Shown: positions 23,212 through 37,400 of the stretch, in pieces
How positions within the stretch are numbered: position 1 is the first letter of the stretch
Layout of the letters: the number at the start of each line of letters is the position of its first letter
NCBI RefSeq assembly: GCF_006345805.1
Contig: NW_021833646.1
Location: forward strand, 1-56,506
Length of the DNA stretch: 56,506 nt
Source: Octopus sinensis
Lineage: Eukaryota
Direction of reading: 5' to 3'
Notes under the pieces: generated by a model
Databases searched by the model: none
The model's input: only the letters and a program-made list of their open reading frames with translations
What the model was told of the DNA's origin: nothing
Position numbers and translations under genes: made by a program

Positions 23212-24620
23212 CCCAAGGTGCCATGCAGTGGGACTGAACCCAGAACCATGTGGTTGGGAAGAAAGCTTCTTACCACACAGCCACGCCTGTGCTGTGCTAA
23301 CTTGGCTCCTTTTAAGTTTCTTGAGATGAAAAAAGACAGAGAGAAGTGAAAGAAAGACGAAATATTAAAGTTGAAAAAAACCAAACAAAATATGTGGAGG
23401 TGCTTTTTTTATAAAGGAAGAGGTATTTGAAGCAGCACCAGGTTATGTAAAACTTGTGCTTTACTCTCTTTTATTCTTTCATTTGTTTCAGTCATTTGAC
23501 TGCGGCCATGCTGGAGCACCGCCTTTAGTCGAGCAAATCGACCCTGGGACTTATTCTTTGTAAGCCCAGTACTTATTCTATCGGTCTCTTTTGCCGAACC
23601 GCTAAGTGACGGGGACGTAAACACACCAGCATCGGTTGTCAAGCAATGCTAGGGGTACAAACACAGACACACAAACACAAACACACACACACACATATAT
23701 ACGACAAGCTTCTTTCAGTTTCCGTCTACCAAATCCACTCACAATGCATTGGTCGGCCTGGGGCTATAGCAGAAGACACTTACCCAAGATTCCACACAGT
23801 GGGACAGAACCCGGAACCATGTGGTTGGTTAGCAAGCTACTTACCACACAGCCACTCCTGCGCCCATTGTGTGTGTACATTATAAAAGTGAGAGATAGAC
23901 ACAAACTTGCCTTTCGTAGATTATGGAGATTTGTTCGTTTAGGTAGCTGTGCGAGTTCTTCATCATCAGAATTGCCTTTGTTCTCTTCTTCAAGTTTCAT
24001 ACCTAATGGGGAGAAAAAAAAATGTTAAAAGTGAAAAAAGAAATATTTGTTTTAAGGTGACTTTAAAACAAATTCGATGACTGGCATCCGTGCTAGTGGA
24101 GCACTAAGAGCACCATCCAAGCATGATTGTTGCCAGAGCAGCTGACTGGCTTCCGTGCCAGTGGCACGTAAAAAGCACCATTCAAGCATGATAGTTACCA
24201 GCATCACCTCACTGGCACTTGTGCCAGTGGCACATGAATAAACATTCAAGAGAGGTCGTTGCCAGTCTCACTGGACTGGCTCCTGTGCAGGTAGGACATA
24301 AAAAACACCATTTGAGTGTGGCTGTTGCCAGTACCGCCTCACTGGCCCCCGTGCCAGTGGCATGTAAAAAGCACCCACTACACTCTCGGAGTGGTTGGTG
24401 TTAGGAAGGGCATCCAGCTGTAGAAACATTGCCAGATTAGATTGGAGCCTGGTGCAGCCATCTGGTTCGCCAGTCCTCAGTCAAATCGTCCAACCCATGC
24501 TAGCATGGAAAGTGGACGTTAAGTGATGATGATGATTGTGTCAAGATGCAGGTGTGGCTGTGTTATTGAAAAGCTTGCTTTCCCAACTATGTGGTCTTTG
24601 GCTCAGTTCCACTTTAAAGC

Positions 24621-24657
<37 letters not shown>

Positions 24658-27600
24658 GCTACATGGCAGTGAAACATGGGGCGTGACTGCTGAGGACATG
24701 CGTAAGCTCGCGAGAAATGAAGCTAGTATGCTCCGTTGGATGTGTAATGTCAGTGTTCATAGTCGACAGAGTGTAAGTACCTTGAGAGAAAAGTTGGATC
24801 TAAGAGGAATCAGATGTTGTGTGCAAGAGAGACGATTGCGCTGGTATGGTCATGTGGTGAGAATGGATGAAGATAGGTGTGTGAAAAAGTGCCACACCCT
24901 GGCAGTTGAGGGGACCTGTGGAAGAGGTAGACCCAGGAAAACCTGGGTCGAGGTGGTGAAGCACAACCTTCGAACTCTAGGTCTCACCAAGGAAATGACC
25001 AGAGACCGAGACCTATGGAAGTATGCTGTGCGTGAGAAGACCAGTGAGAACAATCAAAATCAAATCATATATCAGAAAGCAGGGGTTAAGTGACCCATCC
25101 GTTTGTGTCCGCTGTCAGCCTCGTCTGGCACCCGTGCTGGTGATACGTAAAAGCACCATTCGCTCGTGGCCGTTTGCCAGCTCTGCCTGGCCCCCGTGTC
25201 GGTGGCACGTAAAAGCACCATCCGTTCGTGTTCGTTGCCAGCCTCGCCTGGCCCCATGCCGGTGACACGTAAAAGCACCATCTGTTCGTGGCCATTTGCC
25301 AGCTCTGTCTGGCCCCGTGTCGGTGGCACGTAAAAGCACCATCCGTTCGTGGCCGTTTGCTAGCTCTGTCTGGCCCCGTGTCGGTGGCACGTAAAAGCAC
25401 CATCCGTTCGTGTCCGTTGCCAGCATCGCCTGACCCCGTGCCGGTGACACGTAAAAGCACCATCCGTTCGTGGCCGTTCGCCAGCTCTGTCTGGCACCTG
25501 TGCAGGTGGCACGTAAAAAACACCCACTACACTCGCGGAGTGGTTGGCGTTAGGAAGGGCATCCAGCCGTAGAAACACTGCCAGATCTGACTGGGCCTGA
25601 CGAAGCCTTCCAGCTTCACAGACCCCAGTTGACCCGTCCAACCCATGCTAGCATGGAAAGCGGACGCTAAATGATGATGATGATGATGATGAATTCCACT
25701 TTAAAGCACCTTATATATATATATATATATATACACACACAAGCAAATCCCCCCCCCCCACCATCCAATGGACGGTACTGAGTTGTCAAACATTTGAACC
25801 AAATTTTCTCAAAGCAACTTGTCCGATCGTCCCATTTTGTGGCATTATTTCAAGCCAGCCGGCTTTTTTTTGCGCAAGCTGCACTTGTATTTTTCTCGCG
25901 TATGCATAGTATCGATCACAACAGCTGATGTACTTGTGCGTACATATGCACATTCCCACTGCTTTATCGATCACATTCTCACCTGGAATCGACTTTTATA
26001 ATTTTTTCAAGACTTATACACACCCTGATACCGTCGGTATCTACAAATCAAATTCGAGCACAATCGGATGGAGGATGCCTGAGATCCTAGAAAACACACA
26101 CACAGACAGACAGAACGGATTTTATATAATAGATATACACACACACACAATATATACATATGTACATACATACAGCCAATAAGAATCAAATGGAAATTGT
26201 AGTTAAGATACCCGTGCTGGTGACACGCAAAAAGCACCGTCCGAACGTGGCAAGTGCCAGCACCACCTGACTGGCGTCCGCGTCGGTGACATGTAAAAGC
26301 ACCATGCCAGCATGGAAAGCGGATGTTAAATGATGATGATGCAATGGGCTTCTTTCTGTGCACCAAATCCACTTACAAGGCTTTGGTCAGCCCAGGGCTA
26401 TTGTAGAAGACACTTGTCCAAGGTGCCATGCAGTGGGATGGAAAGTAAACTTTTTTGCACACGCCCATACCTGATATATTTAAAAATATAAAAAAAAAAA
26501 AGCATGCCATATACATTTGCAAACATGGTAATTACAAAATTAAAGAAAAAGGAAAAAAAAACTGACCATCGAGGTCCTCCAGCATTTTCAGAAAGTCACA
26601 CAATTTAGAACAAACAGGAATACAGGGGTCAGTTAATGTTTGTTTGAGTAAGCTCTCTTGGCAACTTATCAGCATATTTTCCAATTCATCTTTTGACAGA
26701 AATCTGAAAAAAAAAAAAATACAATAAAATAAACATTGGTTTTAGTCTGAGAATTTCAAAACTGACAATCAAGCTGGCATCCAAACCATGTGGTCTTGGG
26801 TTCAGTCCCAAGTGTCTTCTACTATGGTTCTGGACCAACTAAAGCTTGGTAGTCAGAAACTGAAAGAAGCCTGTCATATGTGCATGTATCATCATCATTT
26901 AAGATCTGTTTTCCATGCTGGTGTGAGGTGGATGATGAACAAACATAGAAATGGGATGAAGAGAATTAAGAAACTTGTGGAATGGAAGAAAAATTGGAAC
27001 CTTATTCCCCTCCAACTCATGACAGCATCAGAAATTGAACATTAACAGAACAACGTCAACAATGGCGGGGCACAATGACAAAATTGTATTTTGAACAAAC
27101 CTCAAAAGATTCATGGCTTCTTGGTACTGTTCCGTATCACAGATGAATTGTTTCAAACACAGCAGATATAATTCTCGTCTCTGGTAAAAGAAAATGAAAT
27201 TATTTCAATGTTTCTTATTTCTGATTGGTTAATTCTAATTCTAAAGATAAAATCAAACATCTGGTACAGGTACAAAATTGGCTTTCTGGACACTGATGGT
27301 CCAGAACCTCTTATAATGTACAGGTACTTGTACTTCATTTAACCCTTTCGTTACCAACCCGGCTGAAACTGGCTCTGGCGTACAAATGTCTTGTTTTCAT
27401 AAGTTTTGAATTAAAATCTTCCACCAAACCTTAGTCACAATTTATGTTCCTAACACTAGCTTAGTGATAAGTTATTTTACTAAGTCTTTGTTATATTTAA
27501 AGTAATTTACCTGGCATGCTAACGTTTCTGCCAGCTTGCCACCTGTAAGGCTTCTTTCAGTTTCTGTCCACCAAATCCACTCACAAGACTTGGCATGCTT

Positions 27601-30600
27601 GCATGTACACGCATGTGCATGTAGTTTTGTCTCTCACAGTCTGTTGGATTGTTTATACTCCTGTAAATTAGCAGCCCTACAAAAAAAAAGGGGGGTGGGG
27701 CAACACATTAATTACTAAACTTCAAGATCAGTGGTTAGAGCATTGGGCTCACAAACCCGAGGTAGTGAGTTCGATTCCTGGACCGGGCTGTGTGTTGTGT
27801 TGTTGAGCAAGACACTTTATTTCACGTTGCTCTATTTCACTCATCCTCATCATCATCGTTTAAAGTCTGCTTTCCATGCTAGCATAGGTTGGACGGTTTG
27901 ACCGGGGTCTGAGAAGCCAGGAGGCTGCACCAGGCCCAGTCTGATCTGGCAGTGTTTCTACAGCTGGATGCCCTTCCTAACGCCAACCACTCCGTGAGTG
28001 TAGTGGGTGCTTTTTATGTGCTACCAACACAGGTGCCAGGGGAGGCTGGCAACGGCCAAGATCAGTTGGGGCTTTTTACGTGCCACCGACACGGAATCCA
28101 GTCGAGGCAGCGCTGGCAATGGCCAAGTTCGGATGGTTCAGCTGTAGAAAGGAGTTGTGACATCACTGGTGCCAAGGAGTATCAGTCTTTGCCTTTCCCT
28201 TTCCCTGGATAACATCAGTGGTATGGAGAGGGGAGACTGGTATGCATGGGTGACTGCTGGTCATCCATAAATAACCTTGCCTGGACTCATGCCTCGGAGG
28301 GGAACTTTCTAGGTGCAATCCATCTCTTCTGTGTAGCAACATGTAAAAGCACCCAGAACACACTGTAAAATGGTTGGCATTAGGAAGGGCTTCAGACCAT
28401 AGAAACCATGCCAAATCAGACTAGAGCCTGGTGCAGCTCTCCAGCTTTGGTCAAACCATCCAACCCATGCCAGCATGGACAACGGATATTAACCCTTTAG
28501 TGTTCGCATTATTCTGCCAAAATTAATGCTTTTTTATCCACATTGTTTTGAACTAATCATGCATTATCTTGTAGCTATGAGATTTTGATGAGGTAGCTGT
28601 TCATTTTTCAAACGATATTGTAGGGTTGGTGTGAGAGACCAGATCTGGCCAGTTTGAACATAGAACAGGCAGAATACTTTTGGCCAGATATGACCGGTTT
28701 AAATGCTAAAGGGTTAAATCATGTTGATGATAATTGTGATGAAATTCTTTAAGGCATTGCCCCAGCATGGCCACAATTCAATGACTGAAACAAGGAAAAG
28801 TATAAAAATAGAAAAAAATAAATCTTACTTGCTTTCCAAGTGGATATTTTGGTAATTTCCCAACAAGGATATGAAGACAGTTGAGCATGATGAAGAAGTT
28901 CTTGTGATAGAGGTGGAAATCTTCCAAAAGTTTTGCTAATTCTTCCTGGAAATAACAAAACGAAATATATTAATACATCATCCAAAATCCAAAATCAAAA
29001 TCAAAATCGATCAACATCAATGGAAATTGCAGCTGTGATACCAGTGCCGGTGGTACGTAAGAGAACCATCCGAATGTGACCGTTGCCAGCGTCGCCCCGA
29101 CTGGCCTCATGCCGGTGGCACGTAAAAAGCACCATCCGATCGTGGCTGTTTGCCAGCCTTGCCTGGCCCCCATTCCGGTGGCATGTAAAAAGCACCATCC
29201 GATCGTAGCCGTTTGCCAGACTCGTCTGGCACCTGTGCCGGTGGCACGTAAAAAGCACCCACTACACTCACAGAGTGGTTGGCATTAGGAAGGGCGTCCA
29301 GCTGTAGAAACACTGCCAGATCAGACTGGGCTTGGTGCAGCCTTCTGGTAGTTTGACAGGTTTTTCACCAAAGACTGGAAACAGACAACATGGCTTGCAT
29401 GACTGATGTTTGTATATAACCATTACATGATGTCAAGACAAAGATACATACAAAGAAGGGTTACTGAAAAGTTCCTGGCTTTAAGGTTATTGTGAAAGGC
29501 CTGGTTGGAGGCCCAACCTTTCGAGTTCTTTTACAGGGCTTAGAAAAACTGAAGGACTGCTGCAATAAGTGTGTGAATCTAAGAGGGGAATATGTTCAAT
29601 AAAATCATAACTTTTTGGTCCTCCTGGCTTTTACCCAAAGCCAGAAGCTTTTCAGCACCCTGTCGTAAATAGGGAAATGGAATCCAGACATTACCTAAAT
29701 TCTTCTTTATGAAGTCTTAAGTATGTATGTATGTGTGTGGTGTGTGTGAGTGTATATATATATATATATGTATATCATCATCATCGTTTAACGGCCACTT
29801 TCCATGCTAGTATGGGTTGGACGATTTGACTAAGGTCTGGCGAAGCAGATGGCTGCACCAGGCTCCAATCTGATCTAGCAGAGTTTCTACAGCTGAATGC
29901 CAACCACTCCGAGAGTATAGTGGGTGGTTTTATGTGCCACTGGCACAAGGGCCAGTCAGACAGCGGTACTGGCATAATAATAATACAGAGGGAACAAACA
30001 AGGACAGACAAACGGATTAAGTCGATTACATTGACTCCAGTGCGTAACTGGTACTTATTTAATCAACCCCGAAAGGATGAAAGGCAAAGTCAACCTTGGC
30101 AGAATTTGAACTCAGAACGTAGAGGCAGACGTAGCGGTGGTGATGATGCTGATGATGATGATGGTAGTAGGGTTTTATTTAAACATTGAATGGCTATGAG
30201 AGTCCATCTGAGTAAAATAGGAATAAATGGGATCCATAGGCAAAAAATGGATGAGAACCACTGATTAAAGCCACAACTTCCACATCTCTTTCTTATGAAC
30301 CTGGTGTTCCATGGATACACTAAAAAATTACATCAAAATAAGGTACTTACTTTTAATGCTTTATCGCTGAGGAGTAAACTCTTCTGCTTGCTGTGTGGAG
30401 ATATCTCGACATATCTGGAAAGGAAGAAAATAGAAAAAACATTGTCATCATCATCATCGTTTAACGTCCGTTTTCCATGCTAGCATGGGTTGTACGATTT
30501 TGACTGAGGGCTGGCAACCAGATGGCTGCATCAGGCTCCAGTCTTGATCTGGCAGAGTTTCTACAGCTTGATGCCCTTCCTAATGCCAACCACTCCAAGA

Positions 30601-33600
30601 GTGTAGTGGGTGCTTTTTACGTGTCACCAGCACGGGGGCCAGTCAGGCGGTACTGGCAATGACCTCGCTCGAATCTTTTTACATGTACCACCAGCACAGG
30701 TGCCAGTGAAGCGACATTGGTAACGATCACGCTCGAATGGTGCCCTTTCACGTGCCACAGGTACGGAAGCCAGTTGGCTGCTCTGGCAACGATCATGCTC
30801 GGATGGTGTTCTTGGCGCCCTTCTTTTATTCTTTTACTTGTTTCAGTCGTTTGACTGCGGCCATGCTGGAGCACTGCCTTTAGTCGAACAAATTGATCCC
30901 AGGACTTATTCTTTTTGAAAGTCTAGTACTTATTCTATCGGTCCCTTTTTGCCGAATCGCTATGTTAAGGGGATGTAAACACACCAACACCTGTTTTCAA
31001 GCAATGGCGGTGGAGACAAACACACACACACATATATGTACGATGGGCTTCTTTTAGTTTCCGTCTACGAAATCCACTCACAAGGCTTTGGTCAACCCGA
31101 GGCTTTAGTAAAAGAAACTTGCCCAAGGTTCCACGCAGTGGGACTGAACCCGGAACCATGTGGTTGGGAAGCAAGCTTCTTACCACACAGCCACTCCTAA
31201 GCACAACATGTGGCAGTGTGGTAAGAAGCTTGCTTCCAACCACATGGTTCCGGGTTCAGTCCCACTGCATGGCACCTTGGACAAGTTTTTTTCTACAATA
31301 GCCTCGGGCCAAACAAAACCTAGTGAGATCTTATGAGTGGATTTGGCAGAGGGAAACTGAAAGAAGCCAGTAGTGTGTGTGTGTATGTGTGTCTTTGTGA
31401 CTGTGTTTGTGCTGCACCACTGCTTAACAACCAGTGGTGTATTTATGTTCCTGTAACTTAGCAGTTCGGTAAAAAGACTGATAGAATAAGTACCAATTTT
31501 TTAAAAGGAAAAGTACTGGGGTCAAGTCATTCAACTAAAAATTCTTTGAGGTGGTGCCCCAGCATGGCCACAGTCTAATGACTGAAGCAAGTAAAAGATA
31601 AAAGATACCAGCTACAACATTTTATTGTTATCATCATCATTTTTATATCCCCTTTTCCATACTTGCACATATCAGATGGGATTTATTTGAAGCAGATTTT
31701 CTATGGTTGGATGCCCTTCCTGTCACCAACCCTCACCTGATTCCAAGCAAAGTAATATTTCCTCATGGAAGGCGGCAAGCTGGCAGAAACGCTAGCATGC
31801 CGGGCGAAATGCTTTGCGGTATTTCGTCTGCCGCTACGTTCTGAGTTCAAATTCTGCCAAGGTCGACTTTGCCTTTCATCCTTTTGGGGTCAATTAAATA
31901 AGTACCAGTTACGCACTGGGGTCAATATAATCGACTTAATCCCGTTTGTCCTCTCTGTGTTTAGCCCCTCGTGGGTAGTAAAGAAATAGGTAATATTTCC
32001 TCATGGTCAGATGTGTTTTCCAACATTGGATGTGAAATTCATTTACAACCATCACACGATGTCAAGATAAGGATACACACACAAGCACAAACACACACAT
32101 ATACACGTGTGCATGTGTGAACATGAGTTTATTCTGCATAAATTAGGAAACGGCGAAGAGAGAAAATTAATCGATCAACATCAATGGAAATTGTAGCGGT
32201 GATACCAGTGCCAGTGGCATGTAAGAGAACCATCCGAATGTGGCCATTGCCAGCGCCGCCCCGACTGGCCTCTGTGCCTGTGGCACGTAAAAAGCACCAT
32301 CCGAATGTGGCCATTTGCCAGCCTCGTCTGGCCCCCGTGCCTGTGGCACGTAAAAAGCACCATCCGAATGTGGCCGTTGCCAGCCTCGTCTGGCACCTGT
32401 GCAGGTGGCACGTAAAAAGCACCCACTACACTCACAGAGTGGTTGGCGTTAGGAAGGGCATCCAGCTGTAGAAACACTGCCAGATCAGACTGGGCTTGGC
32501 GCAGCTTTCTGGCTTCCCAGACCCCGGTCGAACCGTCCAACCCATGCTAGCATGGAAAGCGGACGTTAAACGATGATGATCGCAGTTAAAAAAAAGCATG
32601 ATTACACAAGTGATGACTTACTTCATGAATGATGGAAGTTGCCGAACAGCGTCAGGGTCGGTTTGTTTGATGTGTTGTGTCATCACCTCAGAGTTCTTTT
32701 CGGGAAGAATTAAATAACTCAAAGAGCAGCTAAAGAAGTGGTCAAGAATAGCGATCTAAAATTCAGAAAAGAGAACATCAAAGATTCAATGGCAAAAATT
32801 GCATCAAAGATTCAATAGCAAAAAAGTAAAGAGCTAGATTAACAATTAATAGAAGAAGGAAGGGAAGGAGGAGGAGGAGGAGAAGAAGAAGAAGAAGAAA
32901 AAAAGAAGGGGAGGAGGAGGATCATCATCATAATCATCAGCAGCAGCAGCGTTTAACGTCCGCTTTCCATGCTAGCATGGGTTGGACTATTTGACTGCGG
33001 ACTGGCGAATGAAATAGCTGCACCAGGCTCCAATCTTGATCTGGCAGAGTTATTTTATCTATTTGCATTGATTTGAATCAACCATCTTCATTATCTTGTT
33101 TGTAGCTGTGAGATTTCAACAATGTTTATTTCCAGAATGACATTGTAGGGTAAGTGTGAGAGACTGGATCTGGCCAGTTTGAAGATAAAACAGGTAGATT
33201 ATTTTAGCCAGATATGGGGAGTTTAGATGCCATATTTATTTATTGTAATATGTCATAGGACGACAAAAGATGATTCGGATCTTTTCGGTTTGAACAGCAG
33301 TTTTTAAAATTAATTTCCACATAAATAAACAGTTTTAAACTTCGTATACTGGTAGAATGTGTTTATAAAACATCTTTTTCTCTTGGCTTTATTGAGAAAA
33401 AACTATAGTTTGTAAGATATTTGTTGTTTGTTTTCTTCAATTTCTGCAATTTCAACCAATCAATGACGTCCATTGAGGTAAAAAGCATTCTGTGCCATAT
33501 GAATATGTCCCTCGTTTAAGAAACAGATTGGGTTTATTTACATTTGTGAAGAAAAAAAGAAAAAAGATACCCTTCCCCCCACCCCTAACCATAACCCTAA

Positions 33601-34365
33601 AACAGATTGAAATGCAATAGATCGATATTAGGATCATAATTCTGGGTGACAATTTCATATGACACCGCTAGAAAAAACTGCCGTTCAAACCGAGAAGATT
33701 CCAAAGTCCTTTTAAAAATGCAACCATTCTCAGAAATCCATTAATAATCTATTATTACTGTGAACGTCAAAGTTAAGCAATTCACTATAAAACCCTGGTA
33801 ATGTAAGATTTAAGGTTTCTTGATTAAAATGTTAAATTTCATTAAACATCATCAGTGTTGTAATATAAACATTCTTGTTAAATACAGCTGCCCAGGGTTT
33901 CCTGGACAAAACAATTTATTTCACCATTTTTTAAGCTGAGAACTGTTTAACTCTTTCGTTACCAACCCGGCTGAAACCGGCTCTGGCTCTGAGTACAAAT
34001 ATCTTGTTTTCATAAGTTCTGAATTAAAATCTTCCACCAAACCTTAGTCACAATTTATGCTCCTAACACTAGCTTAATGATAACTTATTTTACTAAATTC
34101 TTTGTTATATTTAAAAGTAATTGAAAGAAACAGAGAGTATCTAAAAAAAAAACACAGTAACAAAAGGGTTAAGGGATACTGATAAGGAAGAGGACAAAAA
34201 GAAAAACAGGAATGGGCTGTGTGGTAAGTAGCTTGCTTACCAACCACATGGTTCTGGGTTCAGTCCCACTGCGTGGCACCTTGGGCAAGTGTCTTCTACT
34301 ATAGTCTCGGGCCGACCAAAGCCTTGTGAGTGGATTTGGTAGACGGAAACTGAAAGAAGCCCGTC

Positions 34366-34417
<52 letters not shown>

Positions 34418-37400
34418 ATATATATATGTGTGTATGTGTGTGTATATGTTTGTGTGTCTGTGTATGTCCCCACCAACATTGCTTGACAACCGATGCTGGT
34501 GTGTTTACGTCCCTGTAACTTAGGGGTTCGGCAAAAGAGACCGATAGAATAAGTACTAGGCTTACAAAGAATAAGTCCTGGGGTTGATTTGCTCGACTAA
34601 AGGCAGTGCTCCAGCATGGCCGCAGTCAAATGACTGAAACAAGTGAAAAGAGTAAAAAGGGTAACTAACATTGCAATAAACTTATGTCAAAAGACCTAAC
34701 GAGATGTTAATGGTTTTACTATGTGTCTGGTGGCCTTTTTATAAATTCTGCCAAGATGTATTTCTTTAAATGTGAACATACAGAAAAACATTTAGTTTCT
34801 GTAAGCTATGTTGTTGTTGGAGGCTCTCAAGTTCTTTAACCCTTTAGCACTTAAACCAGCCATATCCGGCCAAAATAGCTAATCTGTTTTATGTTCAAAC
34901 CGACCAGATCCAGGCTCTCACACCTACCCTACAATGTTATTCTACATTAAGTAATTGCACCATCAAGCTCTTGAAGATATGAGATAATGCATGATTAATT
35001 CAAATCAATGGGAATCAATAGGCATTATGTTTGATTGAATAATACTCTTTTACTCTTTTACTTGTTTCAGTCATTTGACTGTGGCCATGCTGGAGCACCA
35101 CCTTTAATTGAGCAAATCGACCCCAGGACTTATTCTTTGTAAGCCCAGTACTTATTCTATCGGTCTCTTTTGCCGAACCACTAAGTTACGGGGACGTAAA
35201 CACACCAACATCGGTTGTCAAGCAATGCTAGGGGTACAAACACAGACACACAAACACACACACACACACACACATATATACGACAAGCTTCTTTCAGTTT
35301 CCGTCTACCAAATCCACTCACAATGCATTGGTCGGCCTGGGGCTATAGCAGAAGACACTTACCCAAGATTCCACACAGTGGGACAGAACCCGGAACCATG
35401 TGGTTGGTTAGCAAGCTACTTACCACACAGCCACTCCTGCGCCTATCTGAACACTAAAGGGTTAAGAGATATAGTTTTTAAAGAGAACATACTGAACACA
35501 TTTTGGACCCATTAATATAGGGTCTGGCTTTGAAGAGGATTTTCCCTTTCATGTAGTTGGTCCTTTCAGTTTTAAGTTTCATGATTAAAGCTAAAAGGGC
35601 CGTTGAATGTCTTTTATCACAGTGCCTAAAATTCGAAAGATGATTGTTATATCTGGATTTAAATTTTCCTTCCACAGCTTCAATATAAAATTTGATTTCT
35701 GTCTAACTGTTGCCATAATTTGCTGAAACCTGTGCTTCATAAACAACAGAGGATGTGTTGCATTTCTGCCCTTGAGGACATTTAGATTTGTCTCTGCAAA
35801 TGCATCCAGGGCAGGCTTGAGTCGTCCATTGCTTCTCGATATACCATAAATCCTCGAGTATAATCCGCATTTTTTCCCCAAAATTTAAAGGTCAAAATCC
35901 CTAGTGTGTACTACCAGAACCACGTGGTTGGGAAGCAAGTTTCTTACCGCACAAATAAAACAAATAAATAAAAACAGGAAGAAAAAGAGCAAATATAGAA
36001 GGAGAATAAAAACTAAAGAAATATTACCTTAATTCCTTTCATGAAATAGGAGATGGAGAAGTTGTGGTAGAGGAACACATCAAGCAAGTACTCAAAGACT
36101 TTTGGTCCCAACTTGAAAGGAACATCGGCATTTAGCAGGGTCTGAAATGGTTTTTCAGAGAATATTAGTTCTACAACAAAGACTAGTTGGAATTGTTAGA
36201 AAACACAATCTGTAAAGTGGTTGGCATTGGGAAGCAAGTCCAGTCGTAAAAAAAAAAATTTAGCTTGGTTCCTGCCAAACCATTCAACTAATGCTATGAA
36301 GACCGAAGTTAAATGATGATGATGGTGGTGGTGGTGGTAGTGATGACAATGATGATGATGATGATGACAAGATGATAATAGTGATGATGATGATTAATGG
36401 TGATGATGACAAGATGATAATAGTGATGATGATAATGGTATTGATGTGATGATAGTAACAATGATGAAGATAATATTTGTAACGATGACAATAATGGTAG
36501 TGGTGATGATGATAATGATGATTACTTTACTACACATTACCACACTATTATACATCACTTCTACTACTATACTACAGTGACTATTAATGCAAAAAACCTA
36601 TTATTAGAACCATCACATTGCTGAAGACTGGGTGTTATGATGTGCATATGCACCACAATCCTGGTAATGACACCTTTATTCAATTTCCACCTTCAATGCA
36701 AAGAAAAAAAGATAGTTTTCCTTTAGGCATTTAGCACTCAGATTACTCTGTCAAACACAATACTTATATATATTACCATGTTACCAGTGTTGCCTTACTG
36801 GTACTTGTGCCAGTGGCACGTGAAAAAACATTCGAGCAAGGTCATTGCCAGTGCCGCTGGACTGGCTCCTGTCCAGGTGGCACGTAAAAAACATCATTTG
36901 AGCATGGCCATTGCCAGTACCGCTTGACTGGCCCTCGTGCCAGTGGCATGTAAAAGCACCCACTACACTCTCGGAGTGGTTGGTGTTAGGAAAGGCATCC
37001 AGCTGTAGAAACTCTGCCAGATCTTAAAGCAGCGAGCTGGCAGAAACGTTAGCATGCCAGGTGAAATGCTTAGTGGTATTTCGTATGCTGCTATGTTCTG
37101 AGTTTAAATTCTGCCGAGGTCGACTTTGCCTTTCATCCTTTCGGGGTCGATAAATTAAGTACCAGTTATGCACTGGGTCGATGTAATCAACCGGCTCTGG
37201 CTCTGAGTACAAATGTCTTGTTTTCATAAGTTCTGAATTAAGATCCTCCACCAAACCTTAGTCACAATTTATGTTCCTAACACTAGCTTAATGATAACTA
37301 AGTTATTTTACTAAATTCTTTGTTATATTTAAAGTAATTGTAAGAAACACAGAGCATCTCAAAATAAATACAGTAATGAAAGGGTTAATATAAATATTAA

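Noticed and set aside
33580-33602. Telomere-like (TTAGGG) motif
   Set aside because: Only two imperfect units, internal to a MITE
36309-36525. His/Ile-rich ORF
   Set aside because: Degenerate (GAT)n/(GGT)n trinucleotide repeat
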